From Phoronis australis (taxonomy: Eukaryota; Animalia; Phoronida), in contig NMRA01000696.1 of the NCBI GenBank assembly GCA_002633005.1, positions 1 through 59,397 on the forward strand: DNA of 59,397 bases, given 5' to 3'. The position numbers and the translations under genes are program-made. Of this stretch, positions 24,901 to 59,397 are shown piece after piece. A model generated the notes under the pieces. It was not told the origin of the DNA. It ran no database searches and worked only from the letters and a program-made list of their open reading frames with translations. How positions within the stretch are numbered: position 1 is the stretch's first letter; each line of letters starts with the position of its first letter.

Positions 24901-27900
24901 AACACCCACTCCCTGATTTTTCTCTAGTCTTTGCACCCTTTGTGACGAGCACTATACTTTCTGGAATCCAACATGTTTTTACCTATGGATGATAAAATTT
25001 CAAACAGCAATTTTTTCAGGTTTATTATTTTCCAAAGAGTACATGGTTTCTTAATTTCTTCATTTATTACATCCTTTGGCGACTAATTTGATAGTGATGG
25101 TTCCATGTTTTTTATTGTCTCTGGCTTGGATAAAATTTAGTCACTCCAGGACTATGTGGATGATGATTGCTTCAGGTTGATCTGTTCTCTCTTCAGTCAA
25201 TTGTGCAGTCGTTGGCTATAAATGAAAGTGTGACTGATAGAGTATGATCTGCTGTTGGTTGCAGGTGCCATATTTCATTGACCAGTTAACCATGACAGAC
25301 ATTGAGTATGATCTGCTGTTGGTTACAGGTGCCATATTTCATTGACCAGTTAACCATGACAGACATTGAGTATGATCTGCTGTTGGTTGCAGGTGCCATA
25401 TTTCATTGACCAGTTAACCATGACAGACATTGATTTGGGTGGTGAACTACCCACCATACGTCGAGCGACAAAACCATTCTTAGATGATCGTGGACTGTGG
25501 ATCGACTTGGACATTGCATATGGCGGTGGTTTTCGCATGACGCTTGAGACCAAAGTGAATCTTATGAAGTTGAAGAAGACTTCTAGGAAAACCTCGGAGC
25601 GTCTCCAACACCCCAACTTAACCACTTCTTCTGTAATGATCATGGATACTAAGAGGTATGTAATAGGTTCTTGATCTTGTAATTATTATTTGCCAGTTAT
25701 AATGATTTTCATGAAGTTCTGATGAAAAATGTTATTGTTGCATGTTGACCTTGTCATCTTTTCATAAACCTAAAGGTCTGATTCACTTTATCTCGTTCAA
25801 TAGCGCAGGCTTCAAGAAATGACAAATTGCCCTAGATATTAGCAGTCACATGATCTTGTGTTACATTTGAAGTAAGCATGACACCTCTGCATTATTATGT
25901 GGTTTTGTTACATTTGAAGTAAGCATGACACCTCTGCGTTATTATGTGGTTTTGTTATGAAATACAACATTCTAAAGTTGAAGTTTATTTTTGATGCCAT
26001 AGGTACTATTTAACATTGGGGTCTAACTGATGTGAATCAAGATCACAGTCCAAGTCATGCTTGGTGAATAGCACTGGCCAGTTATTTCAATACAGACTTG
26101 TAATCTTGTAATCTTTGCATGGATACACTTTAAGTTGGAGTTTCTTATCTCAGACTTGCTGTAACCAACTCTGATGAGGAAGATAGCGCTGAGTCATCGT
26201 CAGATGAAGATGCGGCGGACATCCCTGAACCAGAGAACATTACTAGCACCTCTACTGCGTATGTTTCTCAACTCATCCTCTTCATTGCAACTGAACTATG
26301 TTATACTTTTAAAAGTTCAACCAGCTTTAAACTAGATAAAATCTTTTGGTTGCATAATTATTTTTTATTTAGCTGCTGTGGCATTTAATGTTGATTGCTG
26401 TTATAACCTGACAAAAAGAAAATTTGCCAAATGTATTGCTTGTGTTGCAAATTTTAATTTTCTTTCTGTCTTTCTTTTTTCTTTGTTCACACGCTACAAG
26501 TCGCATTTCTCATATGATCAACATGAAATTAACAAACATTTGTCTCATCAATAGCTGGAGGACTATTTAATTGTTTTTGGACTCAAGGTAGAGCTGTTGC
26601 AGCTATTTTTTTCATTTTTCTCTTTGTACCCAACCCAAAACTCCGTTATCCTTCATCAGATCTTTCTTTTCTTGATATTTGAAAAGGTGTCATCAGGGCT
26701 GTCTGATATGTGTCATCCATTTCTTGTTACGAATTGCCTGTCCTGAGTTATTCAAGATGACTGTCCTTTTATTGACTTGTCATGCATTGTGTGTTTGTCG
26801 ATTGGCCCCCACTGTAACCCATCATGTTTGAAATTACACAACATGTGTCATGTCAACAGCTCAAGGGCCTATTGTTCTTAGTGGAAAATCAAATGCAAGG
26901 TGGCGCTGTGGCAGCCATTTTTAGCTTTCTCTTTACGTTGCCGTAGCTCTAGAAAAAGCTCAGATCTTTTTGAAACTTGATATGTGCATAATTCTCGCCA
27001 CGAGCTACAGCTCCGAGTTATTCGAGATTTACTGATGTACTTTTGTTGGCCTACCATACAAGGTTATGTTTATTAGTTGTTTTTGTTATCATCATTGTCA
27101 TCGTCATTGTCATTTTCATTCAATTTTGCCAAGTGGATCTCATTTTTTTTCAAATTTATCGCTTGCTTAAAGTCATTGTGTGCCATGTTTTGGAAACTTC
27201 TTTCTTACAGTCTGTGGCAATCTTGGATGACATTATTTGGGATAGTGTGTCCTTTTTGTGTATTAGCAATAACAGAAACTCTTTAATACTGTCTGACAAA
27301 TACTGTGACACTGTCTTTGGAACTTGATATACTTTGAGTTGACGAGGTAACTGCATTTTTCATATTTTCACGAACTTTTTCGCAGACATTCACCTTGTGT
27401 TCTTTTTGTAGTAATAAGCCAGCTCGTGGTGCTGGTAAAAAGATTCTGCGCATCATTGATACAATCACAGACACAAAGTTCTTCCAGAATGCCACAGAGA
27501 ACAAGTATGTGAAGCGAGCCATGGAGAATGTGTCCAACACCAAACTGGTGCTTAATGTCGAGGTCGTGAACTTATCGGGTGTACTGGCCTTGAACTTGGC
27601 ACCGCCACCTACTGACAGACTGTGGTAATTGTTTTTGTGCCTGTTTTGCTTGTCAGTGTTTGCCCTATTACTGCTGTGAATAACAATGGTAAAGTTTCTT
27701 CAAATTTTAACGTAGATAATTGTCAAAATTGTCATTTCCATTTACAAATGTTTATTTCCTTGCGAAATTGCTATAATTTGCTCTTGCATTTTTTTCTTTT
27801 CTGTTGTGCTGTACTAAAATGAAAAGCTTCTGTGGGTATTCGAGGGAAGACTTGACACTTGAAATTTCAACTTAAGCATGGATGGTCAGCTTTTTACCTT

Positions 27901-28723
27901 GCAACAGCATTAAAATGTTTGTTGATGGCTAGGATTAGTCTTAACAGTTTAATTGCTTGTCTGCAGGTATGGCTTCCGGACTAATCCGACTCTTACCTTG
28001 TCAGCCAAGCCTCGAGTTGGTGAACGTGCAGTGTCCATGACGAAGGTTACTGAGTGGATTGAGAAGAAGTTGTCTGTGGAGTTCCAGGTTTGTTTCTCTT
28101 AAATCATATCGTGCTTGGATGAATGAGCGCAAACATCAACCTTGATTCACTGGTTGTCATTGAATGTTGGGAAAATGTGACAATTTTGATTCCACCATTT
28201 AGTTTTGAAGACTCTGCTGTATTTGTGTTTTTGTGTTTCCATGAAATTCAATGAGTCGCTTAAAGTTGTGCGTTACATTTTCAAGTTACAAATCTTATGC
28301 TCTGCTGTTTTCAACGTCTTCATACCTAGTGCATAGCATGATGTCAACCTTCACTAAGTGTTCTGTGAAAGTCAAACTGGTGTTACCATGATTATTGTGA
28401 AAACCATGTAGTCTTGTGAAAATCTCAAAATTATGAATTGCTATCTAAACAACACTAATCTGGTATTGCTTCTTCTCTGACTGTAACTTGGCAGAGCATG
28501 AACATAATGGTATTAGAGATTACATCATTGTATGTGAGATTACTGACAGTATTTATTACATCATTGTATGTGAGATTACTGACAGTATTTATTACATCAT
28601 TGTATGTGAGATTATTATTATTTATTCTTGTCACAGAAAGTGTGGGTGATCCCTAACATGGACGACATCGTCATTCCATTTATGAGAGCTAGTCAGCATG
28701 AGGAGAAAAGTGGCAGCAAATAG
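17073..28723 (+). CDS. TEX2: Testis-expressed protein 2 (TEX2/Nvj2-like; disordered N-terminus, TM hairpin, PH-like domain, SMP domain), whole gene, ~1218 aa
   Basis: join(17073..18914,20764..21578,23096..23306,25393..25655,26154..26258,27412..27624,27967..28087,28637..28723). All introns are GT-AG and all phases are compatible. Family motifs: GWMNE, RVWSKKYPICI, LFLFARTCREKEEWF, WLNALIGRLFFDF, NSDEEDSAESS, PPPTDRLWYGFR, WIEKKL, PNMDD. Confidence 0.93.
18947..19194. mobile_element. Tc1/mariner (Tigger/pogo-like) MITE with internal 23-bp tandem repeat
   Basis: TA-cagttaaactttcataagtc ... gactcatgcaagtttcactg-TA (19/22 including TA); internal (ttaagtcaaatttggcctttcag) x~5. Confidence 0.75.
19312..20588 (+). 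mobile_element. Helentron/HINE-like element, copy 2 (diverged)
   Basis: tttttatatgcccgcacatatgtatgtgggtgcatta start, gccccctagtggc cores, tgctcttgt end. Confidence 0.5.
20764..21578 (+). CDS. TEX2: TEX2 coding exon 2 (PH-like domain)
   Basis: tttttcag|GGTTGG, GWMNELTREY...TPQELLE, GA|gtaagt. Confidence 0.92.
21785..22773. repeat. 34-bp minisatellite, ~29 copies
   Basis: (agttgacagtggccacatgcctaccagacacaca)n. Confidence 0.97.
23096..23306 (+). CDS. TEX2: TEX2 coding exon 3 (start of SMP)
   Basis: cctcag|G TAT, YVTYMGRLMP...WLNALIGRLFFDFL...KLNKIH|gtgagt. Confidence 0.92.
23643..24600 (+). mobile_element. Helentron/HINE-like element, copy 3
   Basis: Same 5' hairpin, (gtcc/gtct) microsatellite and cores as 14951; 3' end agaagcac...tgtgggtgca...ttgctctt; internal inversion near 24060-24120. 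Confidence 0.55.
25240..25431 (+). repeat. 64-bp tandem triplication spanning a TEX2 3' splice site
   Basis: gagtatgatctgctgttggttgcag|gtgccatatttcattgaccagttaaccatgacagacatt at 25240, 25304 and 25368. Confidence 0.97.
25393..25655 (+). CDS. TEX2: TEX2 coding exon 4 (SMP)
   Basis: ttgcag|VPYFIDQLTMTDIDLG...LETKVNLMKL...AG|gtatgt; the acceptor is triplicated upstream. Confidence 0.9.
26154..26258 (+). CDS. TEX2: TEX2 coding exon 5 (acidic insert; not in ORF track)
   Basis: tctcag|A CTT, LAVTNSDEEDSAESSSDEDAADIPEPENITSTST, GC|gtatgt; 105 nt, phase 2/2. Confidence 0.88.
27412..27624 (+). CDS. TEX2: TEX2 coding exon 6 (SMP)
   Basis: ttgtag|T AAT, KKILRIIDTITDTKFFQNATENKYVK...PPPTDRL, TG|gtaatt. 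Confidence 0.92.
27967..28087 (+). CDS. TEX2: TEX2 coding exon 7 (not in ORF track)
   Basis: ctgcag|G TAT, YGFRTNPTLTLSAKPRVGERAVSMTKVTEWIEKKLSVEFQ|gtttgt. Confidence 0.92.
28637..28723 (+). CDS. TEX2: TEX2 last coding exon (not in ORF track)
   Basis: tcacag|KVWVIPNMDDIVIPFMRASQHEEKSGSK-TAG. Confidence 0.9.
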   Translation, partial: KVWVIPNMDDIVIPFMRASQHEEKSGSK

Positions 28724-28935
28724 GTAAGAGAGCATGTATTCACTTGTTGGAACTTGTGATATCACATGTATAGACACTGGTAAGTGGAGGTAGATAGGTA
28801 AGATGCTATGTATCCATTTGTTGAAACTTGTGATATCACATGTGTACACACTGTTAAGTGGAGGTAGATAGGTAAGATACTATGTATCCATTTGTTGGAA
28901 CTTGTGATATCACATGTGTACACACTGTTAAGTGG
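28708..28935 (+). repeat. 74-bp tandem triplication spanning the TEX2 stop codon and 5' splice site
   Basis: aagtgg...aTAG|gtaaga units starting at 28708, 28782 and 28856. Confidence 0.85.
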
Positions 28936-29040
28936 ATGCCTTACTTTTTGTGATGTGTAACAAGTGATTTAGACATTTTTGCATCGCACGGAATTTTATC
29001 AACAGCATTCACTATAAAGTGTATGCGTGGTATGGACATT

Positions 29041-29396
29041 GAATAAACCATTTGTGAATAAACCATTTGTGAATAAACCATTTGTGAATAAACCATTTGT
29101 GAATAAACCATTTGTGAATAAACCATTTGTGAATAAACCATTTGTGTTCCAGAGCATAAGTAAGCTGTGAACTGTTGAAGACATAAACTAATGTTCAATA
29201 CAACCTTCAGTTGTGATTTTCACTATGAGTTACTTTTGTTTGTTTGTTTTTTAGTAATGTGTCTTGGTATGATTGTATATCATATAATTAACTCCACAAT
29301 ATATCATATAATTAACTCCACAATATATCATATAATTAACTCCACAATATATCATATAATTAACTCCACAATATATCATATAATTAACTCCACAAT
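29041..29396. repeat. 15-bp (x7) and 24-bp (x5) minisatellites
   Basis: (gaataaaccatttgt)n at 29041-29145; (atatcatataattaactccacaat)n at 29277-29396. Confidence 0.95.
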
Positions 29397-31420
29397 CATA
29401 GTTGGTGATAGAATGGCGGGTCCTAGTTTTTTCGGGGTTTGTAAGTATTTGAAATACCATGGCATTTTTATGAACATTATCTTTGACATGTTGCTCTTGT
29501 CTTGCAGATTGTTATTGGCCTAATTCTGAGTTGCTCAAATGAAGTGCTACACCTATGGCTGTTAGTGTTAGACCGATCTGTCCAAAAAGTACGTCCGTGC
29601 ACTGTTCAAGGATTGAAGTTGCTGCTCAAACGAATTTCGACAGTTGTGCATGTGGTGTCTATTTTGCATTCTGTTCTCATGAGTTCGCCAGGTTTCGATG
29701 TATAGAGTTAGCCAATTAAACAGTTTAGAGTTTTAGCTGTAAAATCAAGAAATATGTTTGATTAATGACAGATTGCGCGTAATCTATAGGAGAGAAACAC
29801 TTCAGGTTTTACACCAGAACTATTTTCCTGACATACAGAAAACAGTGGATGTTTTAAGTTCTGGTCTGTTTTAATGTGAACCATGGTGCTTTAGTAAGAG
29901 CCTGTTGCACCTAGGTAGAGTTCACTACATTTGACCCCATCTAGAAATCTTACTAAAACGGGTGGTTGAGGGTTGGAAACATTCAACTTGTGCCAAAAGT
30001 TCCCATTCAATTTTAAACTGTTATGTATGAATTATTTAGAAGGGAACGTAGTGAGCTCTACATTGGTGTGACAGGGTCCTTTCAAAGATGTCGTTATATT
30101 TTAGTGATGACCAATGTTAGTAGACTTCCAAGATTCATTTCCAAACAACTGCAATGAGTTAATTTTGCCATGTAGTCTAAAATAAATTTACCACTGCCTA
30201 TGCACTGCATACCAGTACTCGACGCCAAGCTAAACGCCAAGTTGCATTTGGCAACCCGGCGAAAATCCCAGGTTGCCAAAAGTGAAAATCTCAGGTGCAT
30301 AAATTTTCCTTGACTAAAAAAAAACATTCTCTTGGTTCATGATCTAACTTAATTTCCTGTTGACGAACGAACATAAAACGCAGACGACCGCATGGGCTCG
30401 TGGCACAAATTTCACTAATTTTTACTGTCTGTTTACTTCCTGTTGTAATTTAAATGTGATGCCAAATGTGCTGATTTCACGAAATAAAACGGAACAATTG
30501 TGAATCAAAGGTAATAAATCTAGAAAAACTGTTTGTAATTTAAAGTTTGGAAGTCAACAGGAGCTTTGAAACGAATTTAGAGGAAATTACTGTCTGACTT
30601 CAATACTCACACTGGCGACTTCGTGGCAACTTGGAATTTTTTCCAGGTCACCAAACACAATCTAAGGTCGCAACCTGCAACTTGCCAAATCGAGTGATAA
30701 TGTCCTGCCACCAGATTTTTTTTGAAATTTCTGTTGGCATGCTGTAATTGCTACACATTAAAATGTCCCAAAGGCTAGGAGTGAATACAAAAGCTTTGAC
30801 TTGCTTGTCGATGAATTCATTGAGCAATGGAGAATGAGTAACTGTGAAGTCATTCTGTATTAGCATTTCATGACCAAGTGGTCCAAACTAATGCAGTTTT
30901 AGTTGCTGGATATTTATCAAGTTATGTGATATTTCTATTAATAACGTTAAGTTAATACACCCTTTGGCAATTTTTTATGCCAACCTCGCCATAATTTGTT
31001 GTAGTACTGTAACAGTTGATATTACATTATTTTCAGTCATGGTGTTAACTTGGTATTCATGCATTGCTTAATCAATGTTAATACTGAATTGTTTTTATTT
31101 AGTGGCAGGACTATAAAATAGGACTTGGTTTGTATTTTAGTCAAGTTGCAATAGTACTATTTTCAGCACCTGCTCTAGTCGTTAAGATCCACCCCATGAT
31201 CAACGAAATGAAAGCTGGTTTGTCAGATGTAATAGGGTGTTTACAATATAATTTCTCATTAATTGTGTTGTGATGATTATATGTGTCCAGGAATGTACAT
31301 GTTGTTACTGTCAGTGTTACTGGGGGCAATACAAAGCTTTTATCCACATGAACATCAGCTGATACAAACTGTTTTAAATTTTCTGTATGTACAAAGTTTA
31401 ATTTAGATTATCAATGATGG

Positions 31421-31426
31421 AATAAA
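31421..31426 (+). terminator. Candidate TEX2 polyadenylation signal AATAAA
   Basis: AATAAA at the end of a long AT-rich UTR-like tract; other AATAAA copies exist upstream. Confidence 0.35.
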
Positions 31427-32843
31427 TGTAAAAATTAAATCGAGTTTCCATCCAAATTGGTGCCGTTTGTTCCAAAGCGATGCTTCTAAGTTAGTTTTGT
31501 TGGAATTCTAGTCTGCAAGTCTTAGCAATCATTAACACAATTCCACCTCCAAGAGACATTCAAAGAAGACATTCTGCTCATGACATGAGGCTAAGGTCTC
31601 CAGGGATACAATTACCATTGCACCACTTTGAAGCATTGGATTACAACGGGTTTGAAACCTGTCAAAGTGGTTTCACTTTTCATTAAAAGAAAATTTTAAC
31701 TGTTCGAAATATCGATTTTCCAGATCTTCAGTGGCAGAGTATGTATTATTAATATGTGTTCTCAGTTTTTTAATGTCATGTTTTGCTTTGAACATAAAGT
31801 TTTAGAAAATGCCTTAACAGCTGATAAAATACATTAATTTTAGTTGGTTTGGCACATTGCACTGATCACTTTGAACCATATTTATACTTTATTAATACAT
31901 TATAACCGAGCTGGGGAGCAAGAGACTCGACTCAAGGGTCGCGCAGTGTGCCCCAACCGGTGTCATGGGTATTTGAACTGTGTATCCTTTGTCAATACAC
32001 AGGAAGATGTTTGTCAGCATTTTGGTTTACTCTTGAACAGATATTAGCTATGAATTCCTTTTTAAAATAACATTCCAAGTTTTCTTTTTTGTCAGTTAAT
32101 TGCTCTGTTGTTCTAAGGAAAATGAAAGTCAATAAAATAAAGTGTCGTTTACAATTCAAACGTTGACACGGATCAGCTGACACGGAACGAGTTGTTCCAG
32201 TGAGTAAACGAGACTGACAAGGAGCAAATTGACACCGTGGTGACAAATTTTGCCACCCGTTTGTGAAGTAGAGCAATTTGCGCCGGAACATCTTGCTCGG
32301 TGTCAATTCCATGTGTAAGCGCGAAACTGGGGCAAGGCGGAAAGGATCATCTCTTCTGAGCTTGCCTAATGACCTACGTACGGGTTCTTTGTCTCTGCAA
32401 CTCTCGTCATTTTACAGAGGCAAGAAAAAAATTTAATTGTAAACAATGGTACACTTTTGATTGAAAAAACCCATCAATAATGAAATTATACACCATTGTC
32501 ATTTATCCCAGAATAGTAAATAACTACCAGGTGATAACCCATACCGTTTTCCCCATGTGGGTACGTTTTTGAGGGACAAACGTTCTATAGAAAATTCTTG
32601 AAGTTGATGGTTGATCCACTGAGCTGTATAGGGATTATTAAAGTTACAGCTAAGGTTGTGATATGTTTTTTCATAGTTCGTGGCGATCTCTATCTGATAA
32701 AAAATTCACTTATACGGTTAGTACAAATTGTAATTTATGACTCTAGACATTTCTATCTAAGCGTTTTTTTCTAGTTTTAGTCAGAGAAACATTTGTTCTC
32801 TCGATAAGTCAAAGCTGTATTCATCAGAAAAAGACAGCCCACT

Positions 32844-33081
32844 ATGAACCGAGACCAAGGTCTGCCCACCATGAACAGAGACCAAGGTCTGCCCACCATG
32901 AACCGAGACCAAGGTCTGCCCACCATGAACAGAGACCAAGGTCTGCCCACCATGAACCGCGATCAAGGTCTGCCCACCATGAACCGAGACCAAGGTCTGC
33001 CCACCATGAACCGAGACCAAGGTCTGTCCACCACGAACCGAGACCAAGGTCTGCTCACCATGAACCAAGACCAAGGTCTGC
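32844..33081. repeat. 27-bp minisatellite, ~9 copies
   Basis: (atgaaccgagaccaaggtctgcccacc)n. Confidence 0.96.
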
Positions 33082-33230
33082 CGGCAGCGCCCCCGGATAT
33101 ATAACCCCATTTTGCAACTGTCATCATCTACAAAGTATCAGTTGATTTTCATTTTTGAGTTCTGTAGTTTATAGCTAAATATCGAAGATAAGCATATTAT
33201 TACATGTCCTCTGCAGTTATTCCCAATCAA

Positions 33231-33452
33231 GATATAGACCCCAATAGCCTAGCACCTCCTGTCTGATGATACAGACCCCAATGGGCTGGCACATCCCTTG
33301 TGCAGATGTAGACCCCAATGGCCTAGCACATCCAGTGTGCAGATATAGACCCCAATGGGCTGGCACCTCCCGTGTGCAGATATAGACCCCAATGGCCTAG
33401 CACCTCCTGTGTTATGATATAGACCACAGTGGGCTAGCACTTCCTGTCTGAT
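33231..33452. repeat. ~37-bp diverged minisatellite, ~6 copies
   Basis: (gatatagaccccaatggcctagcacctcctgtctgat)n. Confidence 0.9.
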
Positions 33453-33548
33453 GACTCTGTTTCAATTTGAAACAGAATGGCATTCAGCACTCTAAAATGT
33501 ACAACAGAATATACTAAAATCAAAACAAACACATAGCACATAATTGAA

Positions 33549-33554
33549 TTTATT
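33549..33554 (-). terminator. Candidate myosin polyadenylation signal AATAAA
   Basis: tttatt on + about 1.07 kb past the myosin stop, followed on - by a GT-rich tract; second candidate at 34030-34035. Confidence 0.4.
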
Positions 33555-34625
33555 TGTTTCATCACCAGTCCAGTAATTACCGTGTGTGTATATATAATGT
33601 CTGTCACCACAGCTAACATACAAATCATCATAGCATCGTGCAGTTAGTCACTTCTATAGACATAACTGTTACAATACCAAGACAAGTTTCAGCAAGCAAC
33701 CACGCAAAATAAATCTGGTACAAAAAGTGGCCGATAATAACAGCTACATGGTGACATAAGCTCATTATTGCTTAAGCAAACAAGACACAGCGACGTCTTA
33801 TTAGCCATATTTAAGCGCAAACACATCACACCCTCCTGAATAGAAAGTATTGTGTTTTACGTGTATAACGATGTGGTTTACTTCTTTTGCAGACTTAACA
33901 AAAAATGAAGAATCTAACAGCCACTTGGTATGAAGTCCAAGTTGAGAATCTGAAAACTATCATGGACAATGCTTTCACATTACCTCATTGTTCACAAGAA
34001 AATACATAAAATGCCAAAAAATCTGAGAATTTATTGTTATAAAATCAAACTCAAGCAAAAATTTTGATGCAGCTGATACGTATGGTTGTCAAGATTACGA
34101 CACCAGAGACTCACATTAAGTTGAACTATTTTTGACTTGGCGTATTAAGTCGCATGTAAACGCCTGTTGGTTAGTAGAAAATTAACTAAAGTAAACTCAC
34201 TGATTAGCATACAAATTAAGCACAAACGGACATCTAGCGATTAAAAGCTAATATAAACAATCAAAATAATAACAGCATTCCCTGGCAGCCCTGCTAACTA
34301 ACAATTACAGCTGAGTCAACTGTCCACAGTTGACAACCACTCACCCATGGACTGTCTAGTACATTGTATATCTAACAAAAGCGACTAAATATTTAGAGCA
34401 TATCATCAAAAATAAACTTCTCGATCAACCTGATGAAAGTGATCGCTAAGGTGTGAAATTTACACTTCCCTGGCACACTTCCACACAAGGCAAAACCAGA
34501 CACTATAGTTGTGTTAAACTTGACGTCTCCAAAACCCAAGCTGTTGTGAAACCGATGAGCAGTTCAGACAATATCTTGGAAGCAGAGGTGAGGTTGAATA
34601 TACTGTTACAGGTTGTGTCAGGCTC

Positions 34626-59112
<24,487 letters not shown>

Positions 59113-59230
59113 CTGAAATGACACAACACAGGAGTAAAATATGTCCAAACACAATACACAGGAGTTGTACAACACGTGTTATATGATGGATACATGTTAT
59201 GGCTGTAGCTGCTACTTAGTTTATTCATTT

Positions 59231-59397
59231 AAACACCTCATACACCACCATTGTAATCACCTCATACACCACCATTGCAAACACCTCATACACCACCATT
59301 GTAATCACCTCATACACCACCATTGCAAACACCTCATACACCACCATTGTAAACACTTCATACACCACCATTGCAAACACCTCATACACCACCATTG
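59231..59397. repeat. 24-bp minisatellite, ~7 copies to window end
   Basis: (aaacacctcatacaccaccattgc)n. Confidence 0.95.

Noticed and set aside
30220-30700. Possible old MITE in the TEX2 3' UTR (gttgcc/ggcaac motifs)
   Set aside because: TIRs are weak and no TSD could be identified.
32781-33110. Repetitive ORFs (MNRDQGLPT)n and (VHGGQTLVS)n
   Set aside because: Translations of a 27-bp minisatellite whose unit is a multiple of 3; no splice or homology support.

Overview
This is eukaryotic genomic DNA from an AT-rich, repeat-rich bilaterian invertebrate draft scaffold with N gaps. It carries two convergent multi-exon genes. TEX2 (ER-anchored TM-PH-SMP lipid-transfer protein, 8 coding exons, 17073-28723, about 1218 aa) is on the + strand. 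A non-muscle/smooth-type myosin II heavy chain (MYH9/10/11, zipper type) is on the - strand at 34626-59112; its 5' part is outside the window and one rod exon is lost in an N gap. The main finding is not in the ORF track: the myosin has a tandemly duplicated, frame-enforced mutually exclusive exon pair (56559-56680 vs 56017-56135) that swaps the actin-binding cardiomyopathy loop. There is also a candidate in-frame 39-nt cassette exon at the rod/tailpiece junction. Three tandem repeats are seeded on splice junctions and multiply splice sites. The first 10.4 kb holds two near-identical copies of one block, probably uncollapsed haplotypes, which expose empty and filled sites for a hAT element and a THAP-bearing Kolobok-like element. 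The introns contain Helentron/HINE-like repeats loaded with CTCF-consensus motifs, Tc1/mariner and Harbinger-type non-autonomous elements, and many minisatellites. All coordinates were read by eye and no searches were run.
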